A DNA stretch of 60,335 nucleotides, the filler included. It is 4 parts of 4 records of this genome, joined end to end, with 100 filler letters (N's around TTAATTAATTAA, not from the genome) between each part and the next. Parts side by side here need not be neighbours in the genome. Positions count along the whole stretch, not along the records: positions 1 to 12,319 come from DRR723986_614; 3 more parts are not named here. The stretch is one strand, 5' to 3'. Positions 1 to 8,733 of this stretch are shown piece after piece; position 1 is the first letter of the stretch, and the number at the start of each line of letters is the position of its first letter. The position numbers were made by a program, and so were the translations under genes. The notes below the pieces were generated by a model. That model was not told where the DNA came from. It worked only from the letters and a program-made list of their open reading frames with translations, and did no database searches.

Positions 1-68
1 AAGCCGCAGGCGCAAGGGGCGAAGCGCTCATGCTCCAGGAGTTCGCAAGAATGTAGAAATTAACAAAC

Positions 69-584
69 TTAAAATTCAGATTTACGCGCTACGATCAACA
101 TCGGAATCACACTGACAACGGTTGTGTACAAGGTGGCGGCAATTCCGTAGGTCGTGAACAAAGCCATGAAGTCGAGTTCGGTGGGCTCGATTAACAGAAT
201 GTGGTAAACCAGGTTGTAGACAAAGGCACTGAGCGTTACAACCGCCGGGAAGCGGAAGCTACCCACAATTTGACGGAAGCGGCCTTCGCGGTAAAAATAG
301 CCGGCCAGAAACACCGAAAGTATCGACGCCAGAGCGTTAACACCCAGCAAAACATTGCCGATAACATCGTAGGTTAAACCCGCCAGAAAAGCGGCAGCCA
401 AACCAATCAACTGGCCTTCGCGCAGGGCAAGTGCCACAGTAAAAATTAACAGGAAGTTCGGGTAGATATTCTCAAATGCAATCAGCGGCGAGATTAACAA
501 TTGTGCAATTGCAAGCAGGAGGACGGCCATCGCATAAGCGATGTAGCGTATAAGCGGAGTATCGAAAATTGAGCTATCCGTCAC
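69..584 (-). CDS. mreD: Rod shape-determining protein MreD
   Basis: 171-aa multi-TM hydrophobic protein with PNFLLI...GLTYD pattern; third gene of an mreB-mreC-X run. Confidence 0.85.
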   Translation of the reverse strand: MTDSSIFDTPLIRYIAYAMAVLLLAIAQLLISPLIAFENIYPNFLLIFTVALALREGQLIGLAAAFLAGLTYDVIGNVLLGVNALASILSVFLAGYFYREGRFRQIVGSFRFPAVVTLSAFVYNLVYHILLIEPTELDFMALFTTYGIAATLYTTVVSVIPMLIVARKSEF

Positions 585-617
585 GGTACTATGTTCCGGC
601 CCTGTGTTAACAATTGT

Positions 618-1463
618 TTAGCGGCTTTCACCCAGTTGCAGTTCTAACTTACGGCGCAGTTCCACGCGTTCCGGATTAGGCATTTCCGTGCTGACAAACA
701 CTTGTTCAAGAGTTTCAAAGTTAACAAAAGGACGAACGACAATCGTGCGGAACAGCGATGAAGCATCGTCGCGCACTTCCGTAATACGGCCAACCACAAC
801 ACCTTCGGGGTATTTTGTACTGAAACCCGAGGTTACGATGCGATCGCCGGCGGCCACATCAAAAGCTTTGGCAACTTTATGTACCAGAAGATTTTCGCCG
901 CCTTCCCACACCAGAATTCCGTTAACACGTGAGCTCTCCACCTGAATGGCTACGCGGCTGTCAGTATCTACCAGCAGGCGCACCTGCGCAAAATTATCGC
1001 TGACGGTAATCACGCTGCCGACTAATCCGCGGTCGGTAATTACAGCCATTCCGGCTTCGATGCCATCTTCAATTCCCACGTTAAGTGTAATGAAATTGTT
1101 GAGGCTACTGGAAATCCGGCCAATAACTTCGGCGGAAATGATGGGGAATTCGGAGTTTTCCTTAAACTCAAGGGCGGTTCGCAGGCGTTCGTTTTCGACT
1201 ACGGAGCGGCGTGATTTGGAGTATTCACGGCTGAGGTAGAGGTTAAGCTCGCGGAGCGCTTCGTTTTCACTTTTGAGTTTAACAGGGTTGGGCACCCAGG
1301 AGAAGACGTTCTGCGCAACACCGATGGTGCCGACGACGAGTGTGCGGAAACCGCGCAGTTCAGCTGAATTGCCGAAGCTCATCAAGGAAATACAGATCAC
1401 GATCAGAACCGAGAGCGTGATGTACTCCTTGAATTTAACGACAAAACGCAACAGCTTGTACAT
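618..1463 (-). CDS. mreC: Rod shape-determining protein MreC
   Basis: N-terminal TM, coiled coil (ENEALRE/ENERLR), GLVG and GDRIVTSG...YPEGVVVG beta-domain motifs; downstream of mreB. Confidence 0.93.
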   Translation of the reverse strand: MYKLLRFVVKFKEYITLSVLIVICISLMSFGNSAELRGFRTLVVGTIGVAQNVFSWVPNPVKLKSENEALRELNLYLSREYSKSRRSVVENERLRTALEFKENSEFPIISAEVIGRISSSLNNFITLNVGIEDGIEAGMAVITDRGLVGSVITVSDNFAQVRLLVDTDSRVAIQVESSRVNGILVWEGGENLLVHKVAKAFDVAAGDRIVTSGFSTKYPEGVVVGRITEVRDDASSLFRTIVVRPFVNFETLEQVFVSTEMPNPERVELRRKLELQLGESR

Positions 1464-1573
1464 ACTGGATCAGCAAACTCTGAATTGTGGCCTGGTAGAG
1501 CGGGCTGTGTTCCGCGAATCGAATAATTTATCGAAAAAAGTTCTTGGCCGATGTGTTTAATTACGGGCCGGCG

Positions 1574-2596
1574 TTAATAGCGCCGACTTTTAATCAACAC
1601 GCCGGAGTACTCACTCAGATTGTCCAGCACCTTACCAGTACCGCGCACAACTGCCGAGAGCGGGTCATCGGCGACGTGTACGGGCAGATTGGTTTCGAGC
1701 TGAATGCGTTCGCTCAATCCTTTCAGGAGAGCACCACCACCGGTGAGCATAATTCCACGGTCAAAGATGTCGGCAGCCAGTTCTGGCGGGGTGCGTTCCA
1801 GCAGGGCGCGGATGGCATCAACCATGTGGGAGACGGCTTCGTTTAGCGCATCGCGGATATCCTTACTGGAGACCTGCGTCATCCGTGGGATACCGTTAAC
1901 CAGGTCGCGGCCTTTGACTTCAATCTCGATTTCGGGATCGAGCGGCATGGCTGAGCCAACCTGGCATTTAATCATCTCGGCGGTGCGTTCGCCAATCAGG
2001 ATGTTGTAGTTTTTCTTAAAGAACTGCACAACGGCATTCGTCATTTCATCACCGGCGATGCGGATCGACTCGTCGTTGACGATGCCGGAGAGCGCAATAA
2101 CGGCGATTTCGGTTGTACCACCGCCGATATCAACAATGACATTGCCGACAGGCTCAGCGACGTTGAGGCCCACGCCGATAGCAGCGGCCATCGGTTCGGC
2201 AATCAGGTACACTTCTTTGGCGCCGGCATGTTCGGCACTATCGCGTACGGCGCGTTTTTCCACTTCGGTAATACCGGAGGGAACGCAGATCACGACGCGG
2301 CGCGCGGGCTGCCATGCGGGCGAAATTTTGCGAATGAAGGCGCGCAGCATGCCTTCGGCAATCTCAAAGTCAGCAATCACACCATCTTTTAGCGGACGAA
2401 TAGTGCGGATATCGCGGTGGGTTTTTCCGACCATGTTCTTTGCTTCTTCGCCGATTGCCACAATGCGCTTGGTGGTGCGGTCAAAAGCAACGATGGAAGG
2501 CTGGTTCAGCACGATACCTTTACCCTTCATCCAAATGAGCGTATTGGCGGTTCCCAGGTCAATTGCGATGTCGTTGGACAGGAAGCTGAAAGCCAC
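1574..2596 (-). CDS. mreB: Actin-like rod shape-determining protein MreB
   Basis: IAIDLGTANTL, IRPLKDGVIADF, EPMAAAIG, VDIGGGTTE and LTGGGALL motifs. Confidence 0.98.
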   Translation of the reverse strand: MAFSFLSNDIAIDLGTANTLIWMKGKGIVLNQPSIVAFDRTTKRIVAIGEEAKNMVGKTHRDIRTIRPLKDGVIADFEIAEGMLRAFIRKISPAWQPARRVVICVPSGITEVEKRAVRDSAEHAGAKEVYLIAEPMAAAIGVGLNVAEPVGNVIVDIGGGTTEIAVIALSGIVNDESIRIAGDEMTNAVVQFFKKNYNILIGERTAEMIKCQVGSAMPLDPEIEIEVKGRDLVNGIPRMTQVSSKDIRDALNEAVSHMVDAIRALLERTPPELAADIFDRGIMLTGGGALLKGLSERIQLETNLPVHVADDPLSAVVRGTGKVLDNLSEYSGVLIKSRRY

Positions 2597-2841
2597 TTGC
2601 TGATTCCTTTATTGCCGATGCGGAGAACGAGACACTTAAACACAAACGGCGCACCGGCTCCAAAACTGCGTATTTAAACGGCAGGTCGGGGCCGACGTTT
2701 AATCGTGCTGGACGATTAGGATTCTTTCCGGTAGGAGGAATTTGAACTGTGCGTCGCCGACGGAATTACAGATTGCGTTGAAAATCGAAAGCTGCGTTCG
2801 TCACTAAAACTCTGTAAATATGCGGATTTGGCAGCTGATTT

Positions 2842-3435
2842 TCAAGAGTTTTTACTTGGCGGCGTCACTTTGATGCGCATCGATTTGAGGAAATCACTAA
2901 AGCTGAGTTCTGAGGGTGTTTCACTTTGGCTGTATGCTGCTGGGGTGTTGGACAGTTGCGCAGCAAAATCGGATGCCGGTTGGGCGCTTGCAGCGTCAGG
3001 ATTCCGGCTGATTTTAGCACGTTTTGGCGTATCTGCGGACCGCATTTTTTGCGTGGGTGTAGCCTGCTGAGAAGCGGCATTTTGGGAGTGACCGCCCGCA
3101 GAGTGGGAGCGCAATTTTTGTTGTGGATTTGGGAGAATAGTTGCCGCTTCGGCTTGGCCGGTGAGCCGTCTGATTTCTTCCGGATCGTTTATTTCACTCA
3201 GAATATTGATGTTGTTTTCACTTACGCCCACGATCAGCACACGTGCGCCGACTTGCAGCATGTAAATTTGTTTGCGCGCCTGCAGGTTGACGCGGTTGAG
3301 TATGCGCATTTCCGGTCCACTGCCTACGGCCGACTGTTTACGTGCGGCGTAGCGTTTGACAAAAAACAGCACCACCGCCAGGAGGATGACGATAAAAATC
3401 AGTGTGCCGAATGCGCTGAGAAGTTCTGCCTGCAT
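2842..3435 (-). CDS. fliO: Flagellar export chaperone FliO (FliO/FliZ family) with long low-complexity C-terminal tail
   Basis: Single N-terminal TM followed by MRILNRVNL..RKQIYMLQVG.RVLIVGVSENNINILSEI; immediately downstream of fliN. Confidence 0.85.
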   Translation of the reverse strand: MQAELLSAFGTLIFIVILLAVVLFFVKRYAARKQSAVGSGPEMRILNRVNLQARKQIYMLQVGARVLIVGVSENNINILSEINDPEEIRRLTGQAEAATILPNPQQKLRSHSAGGHSQNAASQQATPTQKMRSADTPKRAKISRNPDAASAQPASDFAAQLSNTPAAYSQSETPSELSFSDFLKSMRIKVTPPSKNS

Positions 3436-3459
3436 GGGTGTTCTAATCCTTAAGCAAGA

Positions 3460-3921
3460 CTAACGTTTGGAACTGATTTTGATACGATCAGCGGGGTCAA
3501 TCAGCGTTGTGATACGAATACCAAAGTGTTTGTCGATCACTACGACTTCACCTTCGGCAATTTTTTTACCGTTCACTAGCAGATCCACCGGCTCACTTGC
3601 CAATTTGTCAAATTCTACAACATAACCGCGGCCCATGCGCAGAATATCGCGAATCAGCATGTTGGTGCGGCCCAGCTCAATGGAAACGGGCAATTGCAGA
3701 TCGTAGAGCAGCTCCATTTTGGGATCGAGCGGCGAAGGGCCGCTCTGATCACCCTGAGCGCCGGGCTGCGCAACGGATGGGGTATCGAGGTCCGGGAAGT
3801 CGGCTTCGTTGACGGCGGCCGGTTCAGGCGCCATGCCAACATCGGCTTCGCCGCCGGACAGATCACCACCGGCGTCATCGCCGCCGCTGTTGATCAATGC
3901 ATCGATTTCTTCCTGTGTCAT
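3460..3921 (-). CDS. fliN: Flagellar motor switch protein FliN
   Basis: C-terminal SpoA domain LPVSIELGRT...GEVVVIDKHFGIRIT; follows fliM. Confidence 0.93.
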   Translation of the reverse strand: MTQEEIDALINSGGDDAGGDLSGGEADVGMAPEPAAVNEADFPDLDTPSVAQPGAQGDQSGPSPLDPKMELLYDLQLPVSIELGRTNMLIRDILRMGRGYVVEFDKLASEPVDLLVNGKKIAEGEVVVIDKHFGIRITTLIDPADRIKISSKR

Positions 3922-3947
3922 TTTATCTACTCCTAAGGCAGCGACGC

Positions 3948-4958
3948 CTAGTCGTTAATAATTTCATCGGGATGAAGTTTCCGGATGACTTTGACGGCTT
4001 TTTTACCGTCAACCGTTCCCGGACGCACCGCGAGTTTTTTGCGGCCACCAATCGACATGTGGACTTCCTGGTCGATTTTGGTGTCGAGCCTGATAATATC
4101 GCCTTCTTTGAGTTCGACGATATCGCGTACCGTCAGATCAGCGCGGCCCAATTCGGCGATAACGGGCAGCGTGGTCGTAGAAATTTGTTTGCGGACCATC
4201 AGCTCGTTTTCCGGGCTGCGTTCCTGCGAAGACTTGATGCCTGCCGTCAGCTGGCGGCGTGAGAGGCCGGCGATGACGTCTTCCAGCGCAAAGGTTGGAA
4301 AACACAGATTCATCAGGTAGGAGTTTGTGCCGATGTTGACGTCAAATGACGTGACGAGCACAATCTCAGAGCCGGGAGCTATCTGCACAAAGTCGGCTTC
4401 AGACTCAAAGCGCGAAAACGAGAATTTGAGATCGCCGATCGAGCGCCAGGCAGTCGTCAGGTCACCGAGTAGACGCTCAATAATTCCGCGGATCACCGCC
4501 TGTTCGATACTCGAAATTGCGCGGGCTTTTTTGGTGGCGTCCGTGCCACCACCCAGCAGACGCTCTACCATCGTAAAGGCCAGCTGCGGACTGATTTCCA
4601 GAATGCCGCTGCCGTCGGTGCCTTCAATGTCAAAGACATACAGACAGCTGGGCGTGGAAACCGAGAGAATGAACTCAGAGTAAAACAGTTGATCCACTGA
4701 GGAGACAGAAATCGAGACGATGCTCTGCAGGCGTTGCACCAGGTAGTAGGCAAAGGATTCTGCAAGGCTTTCGTGCACGTTCTGAAAGGTGCGGATCTGG
4801 TTTTTGGACAGCCGGCTGGGGCGACGGAAGTCGTACGTAGCAACTTCGCGCTGGCCAAGTTGCTGACTGAGCATGTCATCGACTTGAATCGTCCCGGCGG
4901 ACATGCCGGAAAGAAGACTATCGATTTCCTGCTGGGATAGTACGTCACCCATTGCCAT
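3948..4958 (-). CDS. fliM: Flagellar motor switch protein FliM
   Basis: N-terminal VLSQQEIDSLL CheY-binding motif, YDFRRPSRLSK, ERLLGG and C-terminal SpoA domain. Start moved from 5015 to ATG at 4958 (GGAGG upstream); 4952 is also possible. Confidence 0.95.
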   Translation of the reverse strand: MAMGDVLSQQEIDSLLSGMSAGTIQVDDMLSQQLGQREVATYDFRRPSRLSKNQIRTFQNVHESLAESFAYYLVQRLQSIVSISVSSVDQLFYSEFILSVSTPSCLYVFDIEGTDGSGILEISPQLAFTMVERLLGGGTDATKKARAISSIEQAVIRGIIERLLGDLTTAWRSIGDLKFSFSRFESEADFVQIAPGSEIVLVTSFDVNIGTNSYLMNLCFPTFALEDVIAGLSRRQLTAGIKSSQERSPENELMVRKQISTTTLPVIAELGRADLTVRDIVELKEGDIIRLDTKIDQEVHMSIGGRKKLAVRPGTVDGKKAVKVIRKLHPDEIIND

Positions 4959-5053
4959 ATGGCTTAAATCCTCCCATTTTGTGTGGCGCGGCTCCATTCT
5001 GCGGCCGGCATGCACTCACTGACTGACCGCGTGTTTGAATGCGGCAATCACGA

Positions 5054-5629
5054 TCACTGAATCAAGAATTTTGAGATGTAGACCTGGTACAGACGCGTCT
5101 CACCAAAGTATGGCGCCAGTTCGCGGCGCAGCGATTTGCTGAGCGAGTCACGCTTCTCAACACTGCTGAGTTCAGCAACAGTCATCGAAGCAAATTTGCG
5201 CGAGATGAGCGTGCGGACGGGAATCAGGACTTTGTCCAGCGCGGCCGCCTGCTCTGCATCAGCAAATTCCAGTCCAATTCCGGCAACGATAAACTGGCCG
5301 GCCTTGTCCCTGGGATTGACGATGATGTCTTCGAGCGGGACGACATGTTTGACTGTCAGCGTGTGGCGCGGACCGTCTTCATCTTCATCAAATGAGTCGG
5401 CAGACTCTTCGGAGTCTTCGTCATGACTCTCATCATCATGTTTGCTGGTCTGCTCGGTTTTAGCCGAACCGTCGCCTTCATCACCACCAACAACCCATTT
5501 GAGGGCAAAAACGACCACGAGGGCCTGCAACAGCAAGGCACCACCGATAATGCCAATGATGGCACCGGTACCCAGCCCAGATTTTTTTTCTTCGCCGCCT
5601 TCTTTGGCGGCTTCGTTTTCATCAGCCAT
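5054..5629 (-). CDS. fliL: Flagellar basal body-associated protein FliL
   Basis: N-terminal TM, acidic linker, LEDIIVNP...VYISKFLIQ C-terminus typical of FliL; first gene of fliLMNO. Confidence 0.9.
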   Translation of the reverse strand: MADENEAAKEGGEEKKSGLGTGAIIGIIGGALLLQALVVVFALKWVVGGDEGDGSAKTEQTSKHDDESHDEDSEESADSFDEDEDGPRHTLTVKHVVPLEDIIVNPRDKAGQFIVAGIGLEFADAEQAAALDKVLIPVRTLISRKFASMTVAELSSVEKRDSLSKSLRRELAPYFGETRLYQVYISKFLIQ

Positions 5630-5684
5630 AGAGCCTGCTCCGAATTAGCTATATGTCGGCATCACGGACACTTCATCTTTCCTT

Positions 5685-5712
5685 GTATCGGCCGTGATGG
5701 CCAAAAAGCGTA
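5685..5712 (-). promoter_or_regulatory. Candidate sigma-28 (FliA) promoter of fliL
   Basis: Minus strand reads TACGCTTT-N12-GCCGATAC, versus consensus TAAAGTTT-N11-GCCGATAA. A second -10-like GCCGACAT lies at 5653-5660. Confidence 0.45.
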
Positions 5713-5875
5713 GTGAAAAACACAACAAACGACCATGTGGCTAATAAAAGCCAACTATATTTGCCTGGTCTGCCGGTTTACGTGTTTTCATGCTTAGATT
5801 CATCGTCCAGGCACAATTGTACACGAAAATTTTGTGCCAAAAATTTTACCCCACCAGTTTATGCGCTATCGGGTG

Positions 5876-7027
5876 CTATTTGAGGCCGGGGCGGCGGAGC
5901 GCTTCGCGCCGCAGGGTGTACTGGCGGCGAGTGCGTTCAAAGGCTTCTGCGCGGCGATTATCATTTGCAAACAGGCCTTGCTGAAAGTGACGTGTGTCGT
6001 CAGCCAGGCGGCGCGATTTGTCGAGCACCTGGTGAATTTCGCGGCACTTGCTGATGTCTACCTTGATGTCGTTGGGCGGAAGATCAAAGGTGTGCATGCG
6101 TGCCTCAATATCAAAGGCATGCGCCAGGGCTTCAACAACCATGCGCGAGCCTTCGATTTTAGCATCCAGGGTATATCCGGCAATATGCGGTGTAGCCGGA
6201 AATGCCATACGCGCCAGCATTACATTGGCCAGAGGCTCGTAACGCCATACGTCGATGGCCAGTCCCAGTGGTTTATTCAGTAAACAGTCGAGCAAGGATC
6301 GCTCATTAATCACTCCGCCGCGCGAAGCATGTACAATCAGGGCGCGGTCCTTGAGCAATTCCAGCTGCTCAGCGTCGATAAGGTGCATGGTCGCATGTGA
6401 TCCGGAATGTGTAAGCGGAGTGTGCGTGGAAAGGACGTCGCAATCGCGGCACAACTGATCAAGGTCGGTGTGCACGGCATCATAGGCTGCGGAGCTACCG
6501 GCTGCGTGCAGCGGCGGATCGCTGGCAAGCACACGCATACCCATTTTTTCGCCATACGCGGCAAGCAAACTGCCGACTGCGCCAAAACCGACAATTCCCA
6601 GGGTTTGATCACGCAGATCACTGCCTGTCTTGAGAGCATGGGCGCAGATACTGAACAAAACGTATTCGGCCACGGCATTGGCATTGCAGCCGCGTGCAGA
6701 ACTAAAACTGATTCCCGCGCGCGCCAAATAGTCAGTGTCAACGTGGTCACAACCAGATGTGGCTGTGGCAATAAACTTCACAGGCGTATCGTGCAGCAAC
6801 TGCTCATCCACCGGCGTCAGCGAACGCACAATCAGGGCATCGGCGCTTTGCAGCAATTTGCGATCGGGGATGCGACTGCTGTACAGGCTAAGATCGGCAA
6901 CATCGCGCAGTGATTCGGCTAGGCCGGGCAGCGCCGCATCGGCCACCACGTGCAGACGTGCGGAATGAGTGGAAAGGCCCGCAGACTGGCGGCGAGTGCT
7001 CGAAGTTTGGGGTTGTTTGGTCGTCAT
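5876..7027 (-). CDS. pdxB: 4-phosphoerythronate dehydrogenase
   Basis: DALIVRSLT, ATSGCDHVD, GCNANAVAEYV, GIVGFGAVG, HTPLT, DVWRYEP and TPHIAGY motifs. Confidence 0.9.
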   Translation of the reverse strand: MTTKQPQTSSTRRQSAGLSTHSARLHVVADAALPGLAESLRDVADLSLYSSRIPDRKLLQSADALIVRSLTPVDEQLLHDTPVKFIATATSGCDHVDTDYLARAGISFSSARGCNANAVAEYVLFSICAHALKTGSDLRDQTLGIVGFGAVGSLLAAYGEKMGMRVLASDPPLHAAGSSAAYDAVHTDLDQLCRDCDVLSTHTPLTHSGSHATMHLIDAEQLELLKDRALIVHASRGGVINERSLLDCLLNKPLGLAIDVWRYEPLANVMLARMAFPATPHIAGYTLDAKIEGSRMVVEALAHAFDIEARMHTFDLPPNDIKVDISKCREIHQVLDKSRRLADDTRHFQQGLFANDNRRAEAFERTRRQYTLRREALRRPGLK

Positions 7028-7030
7028 TGA

Positions 7031-8713
7031 TCAAAATGCAAGGTTGATGTCCTGAGTGGTCCAGCGTGGTTTGACGCGCAGGATTCCCGGGAAGATGCGG
7101 AATTCTTCTGCGGGTTCAAAAGGAAAGACCCGGCCATAATCGTAGCGGCCATTGCCGTTTGTATCGCGGAAAACAAAAATATCGTACTGTCCGGGCCGGA
7201 TGGCTGGGATGCTCCATGCAGTCCCCGCTTCCGTGCCGCCAAAACTCACCTGATAGTCTGCACTGCCGCCGTCGCCCGTTTCTTGCAGTTGCAGCACATA
7301 GTTCCCGCTGTATTCGGACGCGGTTGTTAGTTTACCCGCAGCATCACCAAACTCACGTGGATCGCGGGTTATGCCAATGCGCGTAATATTGGAATCGGCC
7401 ACAGAACGACCATTGAGTGCCAAAATATCTGTGGCGCGTACTTCAAGTTTGAGCACAACTCCGCTGGGCAGCTCATCTTCAATGTTGAGGCGCAGCACAT
7501 TTGCACGTGGTTGTGTTACGGCGGTAGCAAAAACGCTATCAGCTTCATCATACAAACGCAGGAGTGTTTTACCTGCCGGTGGGCGCAGGGCATCACTGAA
7601 TTTCAGGTCAAAGAATCCGCTGCGTTGAAGCCCGCTCTGGCTGCCTTTGAACGGCCACTGCACAAGCCGCGGCCGATTAGTGTCGATCCGCTCAGCCGCG
7701 CTAAAAATTACAATCGATGCAGTGTCGGATATCGCATTGCCCGCAGAATCGCGCACGGCAAAAGCGTCAAGACTCCAGCGGCGCTCCCAGGCGAGTGAAT
7801 CCGCCGTATAGAGTATTACAGATGATGGGTTCTCCGTATCCATGTGCACGGCGCTCAACTCTACAGTACTCGTGCCTGCCGAATCCTGCAGACTAAATGA
7901 CTCAGGGCGCAGCGACTCTTCATCCAGTTTTTCGTTGAAAACGGCGGCATACTTGCGCGGCCCAAGCGGGCGCACCTCGTACAGCAACGGCTGCAGCAAA
8001 TCTTCAGCCGGCCGCAAACGCATTACAGTCCCCTCCAGCGTCTGCCCCTCTTCCAGACTCAGGTCCGCACTCGCCATGCCCCAGCCGTCGCTGCCGGGAT
8101 CAAAAAGTCGATTGCGGAAACTGTCATCCACCACAAAAACGCGATAGTCGCCCGGTGCAAGCGCCTGGAACTCAAAGTCGCCAGTTTTGCCAAGCTGCGT
8201 CAAATAACGCGGCGCAGTATGGCGAGGATCCAGCGTGTCGCGGTCCAGATTCTGCAGCGGATACAGAAAGACAAAAGCACCGTCCTGCGCATCAAACACG
8301 CGGCCACGAACGATGCCGGAATCCAGAACTGCTCCGGTTGCCAGAATTATTGTTGTTGATCTGTCGGCGCTATTTCCACGGTAGTCGCGCACCGCCGCGC
8401 CGATGGTAACGGCGTAGGTTGTATTCGGCGCCAGCTCTTCGGTAAACTCAATTTCAACATTTGGGCCGGACCAATTGATTTCAAATTCGGCCGGCGGCGA
8501 AACGAAGATATTTTCTGTAAGTGATTCGCTGCGCACCCACTCATCGAACTGCAGCTCGATAGCAGAACCATCAAAAAATGTTGTGCCACTGGTAGGACTG
8601 ACCTGCAAAATCTGTGGGGCGAATGTATCCGCCGGCCCGCCGGGTGGAGTCTCCGGGTTGGCACACGCACACAAGGATGCCAGTACAAGGAATGCAATCA
8701 AGCGGAATTTCAT
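7031..8713 (-). CDS. Ig-like (Big_5/SbsA-type) domain lipoprotein
   Basis: Lipobox-like LCAC followed by ANPETPPGGPADTFAP, repeated beta-rich segments and C-terminal DTNGNGRYDYG; an architecture common in FCB genomes. Confidence 0.75.
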   Translation of the reverse strand: MKFRLIAFLVLASLCACANPETPPGGPADTFAPQILQVSPTSGTTFFDGSAIELQFDEWVRSESLTENIFVSPPAEFEINWSGPNVEIEFTEELAPNTTYAVTIGAAVRDYRGNSADRSTTIILATGAVLDSGIVRGRVFDAQDGAFVFLYPLQNLDRDTLDPRHTAPRYLTQLGKTGDFEFQALAPGDYRVFVVDDSFRNRLFDPGSDGWGMASADLSLEEGQTLEGTVMRLRPAEDLLQPLLYEVRPLGPRKYAAVFNEKLDEESLRPESFSLQDSAGTSTVELSAVHMDTENPSSVILYTADSLAWERRWSLDAFAVRDSAGNAISDTASIVIFSAAERIDTNRPRLVQWPFKGSQSGLQRSGFFDLKFSDALRPPAGKTLLRLYDEADSVFATAVTQPRANVLRLNIEDELPSGVVLKLEVRATDILALNGRSVADSNITRIGITRDPREFGDAAGKLTTASEYSGNYVLQLQETGDGGSADYQVSFGGTEAGTAWSIPAIRPGQYDIFVFRDTNGNGRYDYGRVFPFEPAEEFRIFPGILRVKPRWTTQDINLAF

Positions 8714-8733
8714 GCCTGCGTCTATATCCTGAG

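Noticed and set aside
1-31. Possible start of a minus-strand gene after mreD (mrdA would be expected)
   Set aside because: Only about 10 codons are visible and they carry no recognisable motif.
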